NCBI GenBank assembly: GCA_944363795.1
Contig: CALVVG010000002.1
Location: forward strand, 1-57,535
Source: an uncultured Bacilli bacterium
GTDB lineage: Bacteria > Bacillota_I > Bacilli_A > RF39 > UBA660
Length of the DNA stretch: 57,535 bases
Direction: 5' to 3'
The notes under the pieces are model-generated. The model worked only from the letters and a program-made list of their open reading frames with translations. It made no database searches and had not been told where the DNA came from. The translations under genes and the position numbers were made by a program. Below are positions 29,824-39,013 of the stretch, in pieces (within the stretch, counting starts at the first letter, position 1; every line of letters begins with the position of its first letter).

Positions 29824-29861
29824 TTTAAAAAAATCACTTTTATAACTAAAGTGATTTTTTA
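29824..29861 (-). terminator. terminator of the gtrA-like gene (minus strand)
   Basis: Minus strand reads AAATCACTTT-agttata-AAAGTGATTTTTTT. Confidence 0.55.
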
Positions 29862-30263
29862 TTTTTCTATAAAGATTTTTCTAGTTATAAAATTATATAT
29901 CATAACTACTATTGTAGATATTATCTTACAAATCATATAGTATATATTTAGTAATTCAGTACCCAAAAACATAACTAATTGGTTGATGCCCAATCCAATA
30001 ACACTTAAAATGACAAATAACAAAACTTCTTTATATGTTTGCTTTTTTTTAACATCAAAAACCCATATGACACTTAATATGTAATTGAACGCTAAAGATA
30101 CTATAAATGATATAATTGATGAAATTAAATAATGAATATTACAAAACTCTGTTAATATAAATAACAATCCTGCATCAATTAAAAATGCTAATCCCCCTAC
30201 TACACCAAATTTAAATATTTGATAAAAAAGTTTATTTTTAATTATTTTTTTTATCATTTTCAT
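29859..30263 (-). CDS. GtrA-family membrane protein (candidate lipid-linked sugar flippase)
   Basis: 134 aa, four TM helices. FKFGVVGGLAFLID motif. Confidence 0.8.
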   Translation of the reverse strand: MKMIKKIIKNKLFYQIFKFGVVGGLAFLIDAGLLFILTEFCNIHYLISSIISFIVSLAFNYILSVIWVFDVKKKQTYKEVLLFVILSVIGLGINQLVMFLGTELLNIYYMICKIISTIVVMIYNFITRKIFIEK

Positions 30264-31179
30264 TTCTCACATTTAAATATAATTCATATAGTTGTTTATG
30301 TTTTTTAACTATAACTTCTAATATGATTCCTGTTATCCATAAAAGTAAGCTAATAACTAAAAATATTGAAGATACAATTAAAGATGGAAATTTTGGAACT
30401 AGCCCAGTATTAAAATATTCAATTACTACAGGTACTCCTAGTATTAATGACAATATTAATAGTATTAAAGCAAAAATGCCAAAGAAATAAAATGGTTTAT
30501 ATTCTTTAAATAAAGTTGCTATCATTTTCAAAACTTTAAATCCGTCACTATAAGTATTTAATTTAGAAACACTTCCTTTCGGACGATCACGATAATCGAC
30601 AGGAATTTCCATTAATTTAAAATTTTTATCTACAGCATGGATCGTCATTTCTGTTTCTATTTCAAATCCTTTAGATAAAACTGGAAAACCTTTAACAAAC
30701 TCTTTACTAAAAGCTCTATATCCAGTCATTATATCCTTTATTTTATTTTTAAATAATACATTAATTAAAAAACGAACTATTTTATTACCAAAATTGTGAA
30801 ATAACCTTTTATTTTCTGTAAAATAAGTACTTGATAATCTATCTCCTATAACCATATCTGCTCTACCACTTAAAACCAAATCGCACATTGTTTTCGCGTT
30901 TTCCGCAGGATATGTATCATCGCCATCAATCATTAAATAACAATCAGCTTCAATTTCTCTAAACATAGTTCGAATGACATTTCCTTTGCCTTGACGATAT
31001 TCATATTTAACAATTGCTCCAGCTTTTTTGGCAATTTCATCTGTTTTATCAGTAGAATTATTATCATAAACATAAATATCTGCAGTTGGCAGTTCCTTTT
31101 TATAATCTTTTATTACTTTTTCAATTGTTTGAGCTTCATTATAACATGGTATTAAAACAGCTATTTTTTTATTTTTCAT
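30238..31179 (-). CDS. family 2 glycosyltransferase (polyprenyl-phosphate sugar synthase type, CsbB/GtrB-like)
   Basis: VLIPCYNE ... YDNNSTDKT ... IDGDDTY. Two C-terminal TM helices. Confidence 0.85.
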   Translation of the reverse strand: MKNKKIAVLIPCYNEAQTIEKVIKDYKKELPTADIYVYDNNSTDKTDEIAKKAGAIVKYEYRQGKGNVIRTMFREIEADCYLMIDGDDTYPAENAKTMCDLVLSGRADMVIGDRLSSTYFTENKRLFHNFGNKIVRFLINVLFKNKIKDIMTGYRAFSKEFVKGFPVLSKGFEIETEMTIHAVDKNFKLMEIPVDYRDRPKGSVSKLNTYSDGFKVLKMIATLFKEYKPFYFFGIFALILLILSLILGVPVVIEYFNTGLVPKFPSLIVSSIFLVISLLLWITGIILEVIVKKHKQLYELYLNVRNENDKKNN

Positions 31180-31230
31180 TTTACTACTACACCTCTTCTT
31201 TTATTATACCTAAAGTTTAATAAAAAGCAA

Positions 31231-33021
31231 TTAGTTATCATCTTTTTTTTCTAAAAAATTCGATATAATAAACGGCATTGCAAATATAAACGGTAAAGCA
31301 TATCTAAAGTATGTATTAGCTGGGCCAACTACACAAACTAAAATTAACACTAAAGTTGGCAAAAGTATTAATATTTTTTTGTAATTTTTTTTATAGAATG
31401 TATATGCCAATAAAGTAAATATTATCCAAACATTAAAAGCAATATTAGAAATGAAACCAATAATAGGTATGTACGGAAATTCTACAGCAAAACCTGATAA
31501 TATATTTCTCATCGTTTTTAAAGAATTATAATGATAATTAAATCCATCTTCAGTTATTCTATCATCAAATTTATAATAGACATACCAATTTGTTTTTTCT
31601 GGATAAAAGAAACCATAAACATTATTCATTGTAGCTTCAATATAGGTACCAGGATGTTTCAATAAACCTTTAAACCAAACGTTAAAATATTTTAACAATT
31701 CCTCATTTGTAGTATATTTATTGTACGCGTTCTTTACTGGATCAGCAAGTTCTGGATCATAACGCTCCGCAATATCATCGTATCCTAACACATAATTTAT
31801 TATTTTTATATCTTCCTTACTTAAATCTTCACTATGATATTTGACATATCTAGCAGTCTGTTGAAAAGGTACTGATAACATTTCTCTAATACTTCCCGGA
31901 GTAATTTTAAAATATGGTAATAATATATTATTAAAAAAACTATTAAAACTAATTACTACAAAAAATACTAATAACAACTCTTTCCATTTCTTTTTGACAA
32001 CAAATAATAAAAATGGAAATGATAAGATTATTACATGAATACCATTATTTCTAAAAAGACATATTAAAATTAATAACATTATAATTAATAAATAATTCCA
32101 CCATTTATAGTTTTTTCCTTCAGTGCTAATCAAATTATGAATACATATTATATATAGAATTATAAATGCACCAAATAAAACATCTTTAACCCCACTCATA
32201 GCGTATAAAGGAAACATCGGTACTAGTGCATAAATAAATAATGTAATAATTAAATATTTATGATTTATTTTCATTTTATTCATATAGTATATTGTAAAAG
32301 CTAATACCGTTGATAAAATAATAATCTGAATTAAGCTATATATAAATAAGCCTAAATTGTCATTGCCAATTAATGTTCCTAATTTTAAACAGGAACCTAA
32401 TAAAATAGTATGTGTTACAGGGTGATGATTTGTCATTACTACATTTTCATCTAACAATACACTATAATCGGCATATTTAGTTCTAATACCAAAAAATTGT
32501 TTTATTTGAAAACTTGGATCAGGTGATAAAATAATTGGGTAAAAGGAAATTATGTAGGGTAACCAACAAATAATAATAAAAATTAAACTAAATAAAAATG
32601 GATGTTTTTTAAATTTAGTGATAAATTTATTAGTATTATTTTTATTAAATTTAAAGGTATCTAAAAATTTAAAAATATAACCAATTATTACATTAAATAG
32701 ATAAAAATAACCTAAATACATAATAACTGATATTCCCAAAAAACCAATATTTTTAAAGATTAATAAACAGCTATCCACTTTCATAAAACTATAGCCAAAA
32801 ATCATAAAAAATGCTAGTAGCATGCTTAAAATACAAATTGATTTATTATGATTAACTTTTTTATTTTTATAAAATTTAAAAAGTAAATATATTAATAATG
32901 TACTTGCCAAAAAACCTAGTTTAAATAAATTTTTAAATTCTCCTAGATATAAATTATAAATATCAAAGTTTAAGCTTATAAATGTGCATAAAACTAAAAA
33001 AAACAATTTAAATTTTTTCAT
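31231..33021 (-). CDS. large polytopic membrane protein, candidate GT-C-type glycosyltransferase
   Basis: 596 aa with more than 10 TM helices and a soluble C-proximal region. Operonic with the GT2 and GtrA genes. Confidence 0.5.
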   Translation of the reverse strand: MKKFKLFFLVLCTFISLNFDIYNLYLGEFKNLFKLGFLASTLLIYLLFKFYKNKKVNHNKSICILSMLLAFFMIFGYSFMKVDSCLLIFKNIGFLGISVIMYLGYFYLFNVIIGYIFKFLDTFKFNKNNTNKFITKFKKHPFLFSLIFIIICWLPYIISFYPIILSPDPSFQIKQFFGIRTKYADYSVLLDENVVMTNHHPVTHTILLGSCLKLGTLIGNDNLGLFIYSLIQIIILSTVLAFTIYYMNKMKINHKYLIITLFIYALVPMFPLYAMSGVKDVLFGAFIILYIICIHNLISTEGKNYKWWNYLLIIMLLILICLFRNNGIHVIILSFPFLLFVVKKKWKELLLVFFVVISFNSFFNNILLPYFKITPGSIREMLSVPFQQTARYVKYHSEDLSKEDIKIINYVLGYDDIAERYDPELADPVKNAYNKYTTNEELLKYFNVWFKGLLKHPGTYIEATMNNVYGFFYPEKTNWYVYYKFDDRITEDGFNYHYNSLKTMRNILSGFAVEFPYIPIIGFISNIAFNVWIIFTLLAYTFYKKNYKKILILLPTLVLILVCVVGPANTYFRYALPFIFAMPFIISNFLEKKDDN

Positions 33022-33063
33022 TTAATCACCTACAATTAAATTATATCAAAAAAATACATTATT

Positions 33064-33816
33064 TTAAAATAATAATGTATTTATTATAATTAATATTATT
33101 CCACTTATAAATCCTATAATTAAAGCTTTATTTTCATTGTATTTTAATGCCTTTGGAAATAATTCTTGTATGGACAATGTGATCATTAAACCCGCAACAA
33201 TTATTAATATAATACTAATCATCATTTCTGACATAAAATCTTTTAAAAAAACAAAAGCTAAAATTGCCCCTATCGGTTCTGCCATTCCTGATATAAATGC
33301 ATTTTTAAAAGCTAATTTTTTATTTCCTGTGGAATAATATATTGGTATTGCAATACTAATTCCTTCTGGTATATTATGAAGCATAATCGCAATACTAAGT
33401 TTTATTCCTAAATTAATATCCTGATAACTACTTAAAAATGTAGCAATACCTTCTGGTAAATTGTGAAAAATTAAGACAATCATATTTAAAATTCCAAGCC
33501 GGTATAAATCTTCTTTTTGGCTTTCTTTTTTTATTAACATGCTTAAAGTTGTTATAAAAATATAACTAATTATAAAAGCTACTATTAATAATATTATTGA
33601 TTTTGATATCCCATAAACATTAAAATATTGAAAAAATGATTCAGGAATTAAATCTAAAATGCTTATTCCTATCATAATAGCTATTGAAAAAGATAAACAA
33701 AATGTAATAAATTTATTGTAATTCTTTTTTTTTATTTTAAAAAAAGTTAAAAAAGCCCCAATAAGTGTTGAAAGGCCAGCTATACTAGAAATTAAAAGAG
33801 GAACTAAAGAAACCAT
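33064..33816 (-). CDS. zupT: ZIP-family zinc transporter ZupT
   Basis: HNLPEGIATF and HNIPEGISIA motifs. About 250 aa with 8 TM helices. Collinear with E. coli ZupT by eye. Confidence 0.85.
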   Translation of the reverse strand: MVSLVPLLISSIAGLSTLIGAFLTFFKIKKKNYNKFITFCLSFSIAIMIGISILDLIPESFFQYFNVYGISKSIILLIVAFIISYIFITTLSMLIKKESQKEDLYRLGILNMIVLIFHNLPEGIATFLSSYQDINLGIKLSIAIMLHNIPEGISIAIPIYYSTGNKKLAFKNAFISGMAEPIGAILAFVFLKDFMSEMMISIILIIVAGLMITLSIQELFPKALKYNENKALIIGFISGIILIIINTLLF

Positions 33817-33851
33817 AATCCTCACCTATTTTAATAATATTAACTATTAAG

Positions 33852-34793
33852 TTATTTTATGTTTCTCAATTCCTGTAAATATTCCCTATAAATAGAATAA
33901 TCTTTATTTAAATAAAGACAATAATTAATTTTACCTATTAAAGAATTTATATATTTCTTTTTATTCATAATTTTTTTCTTTTTTAAATGACTATCTATTC
34001 CATATTTTTTTATATAATACATTTCTTGCCGAATTTTATGACGATATTCTTTTTTAGCATTGATTTTTTTATTAACAACAATTCCTGTTACTATTTGACA
34101 CTTATTTGAATATACTATATGTATTTTTTTGTAGTTTAATTTTAAATGAATTTTCTGTAATTCTTGCTTTACAATTTTAATAATAGCTGAAGTATTAAAA
34201 TCCCCAGAGAATGTTAAGTCATCGCAATATCTTGTATAATTAATATTGTTAATTGAGCAAAACTTTCCAATAACCCAATCAAAATTTCGTAAAATTATAT
34301 TTGATATATATGGTGAACTTGGTGCACCTTGCGGTAATTTATTATGGTAAGTTGTTAGTTTTGTTAACAAAATACCAATAGATTTAGGATATAATTCTTC
34401 TCTAAAACAACTTTTATATATTTGCCAAAATGTAATATTGTCAAAAAAATCTTTTATATCCAATTTTAAAATTTTCTTTTGATTTACATGAATAAGTGCA
34501 TTGTCTTTTAAACTAATTCCTTTTTTATAAGCAGTAGCATATGGAGAAATCCTTTTTTCTATTAAGACATTGTGCAGAATATTTCTTTGAATATTTTTTA
34601 ACAAAGGACTAGGTTCATAAACATTTCTAGGTTTTCCATTTTTTTTATAAATTGTTGTTTCTATATAATGATTTTCTATATTATTACTAAGATAATATAA
34701 AATTTGTTTTAATTTTTTTATATCTTTAGTTTTTAGCAAATTAAAAGAAAGTAAGAATTCGTCATATGCCTGTATTGGTAAATGTTGCCACAT
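33852..34793 (-). CDS. retron-type reverse transcriptase
   Basis: RNVYEPSPLLKNIQ, LKLDIKDFFDNI, KLPQGAPSSPYISN, YTRYCDDLTFS (YxDD box) and the retron-typical VTGIVVN. Collinear by eye with Ec86 RT. GGGAGG RBS at 34802-34808. Confidence 0.9.
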   Translation of the reverse strand: MWQHLPIQAYDEFLLSFNLLKTKDIKKLKQILYYLSNNIENHYIETTIYKKNGKPRNVYEPSPLLKNIQRNILHNVLIEKRISPYATAYKKGISLKDNALIHVNQKKILKLDIKDFFDNITFWQIYKSCFREELYPKSIGILLTKLTTYHNKLPQGAPSSPYISNIILRNFDWVIGKFCSINNINYTRYCDDLTFSGDFNTSAIIKIVKQELQKIHLKLNYKKIHIVYSNKCQIVTGIVVNKKINAKKEYRHKIRQEMYYIKKYGIDSHLKKKKIMNKKKYINSLIGKINYCLYLNKDYSIYREYLQELRNIK

Positions 34794-34809
34794 AATTCTT
34801 ACCTCCCTT

Positions 34810-34970
34810 TAGAGCAATATACTAAATATTGTAAATATGAAAATGTACCAAAGCGTAGCTTATACGTATTACGTATGGCAGTACATTGCAATATTTATAT
34901 GGAATTGATTAATAATTACTTATCTTTAGCGACTCGCTAAAGTTTTTAAATATACCCTATATTGCTCAGT
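34810..34970 (-). ncRNA. retron msr/msd non-coding RNA (candidate)
   Basis: 10-bp inverted repeat a1 GAGCAATATA (34958-34967, minus sense) and a2 TATATTGCTC (34812-34821). GGG immediately 3' of a1 (34955-34957). msr-like hairpin at 34924-34942. Nested msd-like stems at 34842-34848/34881-34887 and 34862-34876. Confidence 0.7.
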
Positions 34971-35004
34971 CATATTATATCAAAATTTTATAGTAAAATA
35001 AATC
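34971..35004 (-). promoter_or_regulatory. retron promoter (extended -10)
   Basis: Minus strand TGATATAAT. TATAAT is at 34974-34979 and TG at 34981-34982. The predicted start falls at the first bases of a1. Confidence 0.5.
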
Positions 35005-35661
35005 TTATTTTTTACAGAATTCAATTAAAGATTGAAATATCTTTAGGGAATTTTCATCATTTAAATCTTCTGGATGCCATTGTAATCCCAAAATAAATTT
35101 TTTATTAGGTATATGAATCGCTTCTATTATATCATCGTGGCTTTTGGCATCGATATTAAAAAATGATTCTACAATTACTGTGCTCATATGCCTACTATTC
35201 ACACATATTTTTGTTTTGCCTAAAATATGAAATAATAATCCTTCTCCGATTATTATTTCATGTACATAATCATTATCTAAAACATTATGATTAATATTAC
35301 TATTAATTTTAATAGTTTTATCACTTTGAATACTACCACAAAAGTTATTCATATTAGCAATAGCTTGCATGCCAGCGCATATACCAAGTAAAGGAACATC
35401 ATTTTCTACGGCATATTTTATAATTATTTCATCATTTAGATTCCAAGTATTGCCACCAGGAATAATAAAACCATTACATATTTTTAAAATATTTAATAAA
35501 TTTTTATAAGCAGTAGAAAAATCATCAGAATTTAAAGGAATTAATAATGGAATACCACCGCTACTAACTACTTTATTAATAATACTTTTATTTACTTTAA
35601 CTATTTCTCTTTCGTTATATAAATCTGTTCTAGTTGTAATACCAATTATAGGTTTATTCAT
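35005..35661 (-). CDS. class I glutamine amidotransferase-like / peptidase C26 (gamma-glutamyl hydrolase family)
   Basis: GICAGMQ nucleophile elbow and LGLQWHPE His/Glu motif. Confidence 0.8.
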   Translation of the reverse strand: MNKPIIGITTRTDLYNEREIVKVNKSIINKVVSSGGIPLLIPLNSDDFSTAYKNLLNILKICNGFIIPGGNTWNLNDEIIIKYAVENDVPLLGICAGMQAIANMNNFCGSIQSDKTIKINSNINHNVLDNDYVHEIIIGEGLLFHILGKTKICVNSRHMSTVIVESFFNIDAKSHDDIIEAIHIPNKKFILGLQWHPEDLNDENSLKIFQSLIEFCKK

Positions 35662-35749
35662 AAAATTTGTCCTTTCTAATTATTTCCAATTAAATATATG
35701 ATTAATTTGATAAAAACGTTTCATAATAATAGTGGGAGGTAACAATATA

Positions 35750-35872
35750 ATGAGTAAATCAAAAAGTTCTGCTAGAAGTAATTCAAAAAACAATTGCAAA
35801 GCTTCTAGTTCAAGTAGTGCCAAAAGTAACTCTAAAGCACGAAACAATGCTCGTAACGAAAGTTGCAATTAA
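35750..35872 (+). CDS. 40-aa Ser/Asn/Lys-rich peptide
   Basis: GGGAGG at 35734-35739, ATG at 35750. Encodes MSKSKSSARSNSKNNCKASSSSSAKSNSKARNNARNESCN*. The 62-aa minus-strand ORF in the track is its antisense shadow. Confidence 0.45.
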   Translation: MSKSKSSARSNSKNNCKASSSSSAKSNSKARNNARNESCN

Positions 35873-35874
35873 AT

Positions 35875-36780
35875 TTAATCAATTCCATTTTCTTTATGAG
35901 CTCGAGGATGATGTTGATAATCGTCCTCGATTTTTTTATTACTTAAATGAGAATATATTTCGGTAGTAACTAAATTTTCATGTCCTAGCAGTTCCTGAAT
36001 AATCCGTAAATCTGCACCATTATTTAATAAATAGGTAGCAAAAGAATGTCTTAGTGTATGGGGAGATACATTTTTATTAATCCCAGCTTCTTGAGTAATC
36101 TTTTTTAAGATTTTAAAAAAGCCTTGTCTACTTATTTTTTTCCCATCTTTATTAATAAAAACATAATTACTATTTTGGGTTTTTAAAATAAATTTTCGAT
36201 ATTCCTCAATATAAAGTTTAAGATAGTTTAAGGCTGTATTGCCAATTGGAATTATTCGATCTTTTTTTCCTTTACCTAAAACTCTAATTACACATTCATC
36301 ATAATCTATTTGATTTAACTCTAAGTTAATTAATTCACTAATTCTGGCTCCTGTTGCAAACAATACTTCTAGCATTGCTTTATTACGATAATCAATAGGT
36401 TTTATTAAACGTATATCAAGTAATTTATTAATTACTTCAATCGTTAAATAATTAGGTAGTTTTTTTTCTATTTTAGGAGCCTTTAAATTATCACAAGGAT
36501 TGCAATTTACTTTATTATTATATACCATATAATTGTAAAATGAATTATAAACAGACAAATAATGAGCTTTAGTTTTAGCGCTTACATTTATTTGTTTTAA
36601 AAAATTTCTTATATCATCAGCAGACACATCTAAAATACTTTTATTATAGGTTTCTTTTAATAATTTTAAATTTTCACCATAAGAATCAATGGTATTATTA
36701 GAAACTCTTCTTTCATATTTCAAATATTCTAAATAATCAATAATACTTGCATCATTTATATGTTCCATTATATTTTTCAT
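35875..36780 (-). CDS. xerD: tyrosine recombinase XerD/XerC family
   Basis: ATGARISEL ... HTLRHSFATYLLNNGADLRIIQELLGHENLVTTEIYSH (R..HxxR..Y). 301 aa. Confidence 0.8.
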   Translation of the reverse strand: MKNIMEHINDASIIDYLEYLKYERRVSNNTIDSYGENLKLLKETYNKSILDVSADDIRNFLKQINVSAKTKAHYLSVYNSFYNYMVYNNKVNCNPCDNLKAPKIEKKLPNYLTIEVINKLLDIRLIKPIDYRNKAMLEVLFATGARISELINLELNQIDYDECVIRVLGKGKKDRIIPIGNTALNYLKLYIEEYRKFILKTQNSNYVFINKDGKKISRQGFFKILKKITQEAGINKNVSPHTLRHSFATYLLNNGADLRIIQELLGHENLVTTEIYSHLSNKKIEDDYQHHPRAHKENGID

Positions 36781-36833
36781 ACAAACATTATACCGCTTTT
36801 ATATAGTTTATGCTATAATATTTACGTGATATT

Positions 36834-38027
36834 ATGAAAATTTTAGCAGATAAAATTCGTCCTCAAAAATTATCGGATGTTATAGGACAAACACATTTAA
36901 TTGGTAATGGTAAGATTTTAACTAATCTTATTAATAACCACAAGATATTTTCAATGATTTTTTATGGTAAACCAGGAATTGGTAAAACTAGTATAGCCAA
37001 TGCAATAGTAAATGAACTAAACGTTAAATATAAATTTATGAATGCCACTATTAATAATAAAAATGATTTTGACATTGCTATTGAAGAAGCCAAAATTAAT
37101 GGAGATATGGTGTTAATAGTAGATGAAATACATCGTATGAATAAAGATAAACAAGATTTATTATTACCATATATAGAAAATGGGACGATTATTTTAATTG
37201 GTTTAACAACATCAAATCCCTATCATAAAATTAACCCTGCTATCAGAAGTAGATGTCAAATATTTGAACTTCATGAATTAACCACTGATGATATAGTTTC
37301 AGGTTTAAAAAAAGCTAGCAATTATTTAGAAAATATTGAAATATGTGATGAAGTTTTTGATTATATAGCTAATTTAGCTAGTGGAGATTTACGCTTTGCT
37401 ATAAATTTATTAGAAATGGCTTATTATTCTTCTAGCGATAATCAAATTAATTTAGAGTTAATTAAAAGTATTAATTCAAAACCAGTTTTTTTTCACGATA
37501 AAGATGCAGATGGTCATTATGATGTTTTAAGTGCGTTGCAAAAATCAATTAGAGGAAGTGATGTAGATGCTTCCATACACTATTTAGCTAGACTAATAGA
37601 AGCAGAAGATTTAGATAGTATTTATAGAAGGTTATCTGTTATAGCATATGAAGATATTGGAATGGCTAATCCCGGAATTGGTCCTAAAGTTATGGCAGCT
37701 ATAAGTGCTGCAGAATTAGTTGGTTTACCAGAAGCACGAATTCCTTTGGGACAAATAGTTGTAGAAATGGCTTTATCTCCCAAAAGTAATAGTTCGCATC
37801 TAGCTTTAGATGAAGCATTAAATGATATTAGAAAAGGATCTACTGGTAACGTTCCAAGCCACATTAAAACTTCAAGCAAGGAATATCTTTATCCGCATAA
37901 TTATCCTAATTCTTGGGTTAAACAAGATTATTTACCTAATAATCTTTTAGGCCGACAATATTATAAACCTAAGAACAATAAAGTTGAATTAAATTTAAAT
38001 AAGTTGCATGAGGAGATGAAAAAATGA
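36834..38027 (+). CDS. rarA: replication-associated recombination protein A (MgsA/RarA AAA+ ATPase)
   Basis: GKPGIGKTS Walker A, VDEIHR Walker B, SGDLRFAIN. C-terminal MgsA domain ALQKSIRGSD.DA..YYLARL. Confidence 0.9.
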   Translation: MKILADKIRPQKLSDVIGQTHLIGNGKILTNLINNHKIFSMIFYGKPGIGKTSIANAIVNELNVKYKFMNATINNKNDFDIAIEEAKINGDMVLIVDEIHRMNKDKQDLLLPYIENGTIILIGLTTSNPYHKINPAIRSRCQIFELHELTTDDIVSGLKKASNYLENIEICDEVFDYIANLASGDLRFAINLLEMAYYSSSDNQINLELIKSINSKPVFFHDKDADGHYDVLSALQKSIRGSDVDASIHYLARLIEAEDLDSIYRRLSVIAYEDIGMANPGIGPKVMAAISAAELVGLPEARIPLGQIVVEMALSPKSNSSHLALDEALNDIRKGSTGNVPSHIKTSSKEYLYPHNYPNSWVKQDYLPNNLLGRQYYKPKNNKVELNLNKLHEEMKK

Positions 38028-38998
38028 AAATAAGTGTTATTGGTACCGGAGCATATGGATTAGCTATAAGCCATTCGTTAGCAAAAAAAAATAACCAAAT
38101 TTCTATGTGGACAGAAAATGAAAATTTGGTTTCTGAGTTTCAAAAAACAGGTAACTTATTTTCAATATTACCTATTACATTGTCAAATAATTTATCCATT
38201 ACCACTGATTTAAAAGAAAATCTTAAAAATACTAAACTTATATATATAGTTACTGCTAGTAAATATATTGAGAATATATGTCGAGAAATTAAACCATATT
38301 ATACATCTAAAATTCCTATATGTATTGCTTCTAAAGGAATCGATGATAAAAGCAATGAATTATTATCAGATTTAGTAAAAAATATACTTAATACTTCTAA
38401 TATTGCTGTTATTTCTGGGCCAACATTTGCAATAGACATGGCCAATGATGAACCAGTAGCATTAGCTATTGGAAGCAAAAGTATAAAAGCTAAAAATATG
38501 GTATTAAAAACACTTCCAAATGATAGTTTAAAGTTACGACCTACTAAAGATATTATTGGCATTCAATTATGTGGCGCTATAAAAAATGTTATTGCTATAG
38601 CTGCTGGTATATTAAAAGGTTTAGGCTATTCTGAATCAACTCAAGCCTTTTTAATAAATGAATCTCTACATGATATAAAACATATTATATATTATTTAGG
38701 AGGTAATCCTAAAACAATTTTATCATTTGCAGGTATCGGCGATTTAATGCTGACATGTACTAGCACCAAAAGTCGTAATTATAGCTTTGGATATATCATA
38801 GGTAACACTAATGATATAAAACAAATTAAAAATTATTTAAAAAATAATACAGTTGAGGGATACTACACCTTAGATACGGTTTATAAATTATTAAAAAGTA
38901 AAAATATTAATATTGAATTAATTACTACCATATACAATATTGTTTATAATTATGAATCTCCTAATTCATTAGCCAATTTATTAATAACAAAAAAATAA
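38024..38998 (+). CDS. gpsA: NAD(P)H-dependent glycerol-3-phosphate dehydrogenase
   Basis: N-terminal ISVIGTGAYG Rossmann motif. GAIKNVIAIAAG. GDLMLTCTS..SRN. Confidence 0.88.
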   Translation: MKISVIGTGAYGLAISHSLAKKNNQISMWTENENLVSEFQKTGNLFSILPITLSNNLSITTDLKENLKNTKLIYIVTASKYIENICREIKPYYTSKIPICIASKGIDDKSNELLSDLVKNILNTSNIAVISGPTFAIDMANDEPVALAIGSKSIKAKNMVLKTLPNDSLKLRPTKDIIGIQLCGAIKNVIAIAAGILKGLGYSESTQAFLINESLHDIKHIIYYLGGNPKTILSFAGIGDLMLTCTSTKSRNYSFGYIIGNTNDIKQIKNYLKNNTVEGYYTLDTVYKLLKSKNINIELITTIYNIVYNYESPNSLANLLITKK

Positions 38999-39013
38999 TT
39001 AAATTTAAATTAA

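Noticed and set aside
29499-29858. 360-nt gene-free, extremely AT-rich gap, as a possible ncRNA or repeat locus
   Set aside because: No internal repeats, conserved RNA motifs or convincing helices were found apart from hairpins at its two edges. It looks like a convergent-operon spacer.
33064-33816. ZupT as a dedicated retron effector
   Set aside because: This is not rejected outright, but it is considered unlikely. The protein is collinear with housekeeping ZupT, including both HN(L/I)PEG motifs, and it heads a long co-directional string of ordinary envelope genes. It is kept only as a low-probability hypothesis within the retron finding.
35680-35868. 62-aa minus-strand ORF rich in Leu/Ala/Glu (MQLSLRALFRALELLLALLELEAL...)
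   Set aside because: It has no RBS. It is the antisense image of the Ser/Asn/Lys-rich plus-strand ORF, which does have a strong GGGAGG RBS. The composition is a codon-complement artefact.
35875-36780. XerD-like tyrosine recombinase as the integrase of an island carrying the retron
   Set aside because: It has canonical XerC/D length and motifs. I saw no flanking direct repeats or tRNA target, and the neighbouring rarA-gpsA genes are core. It is most simply the chromosomal dimer-resolution recombinase.
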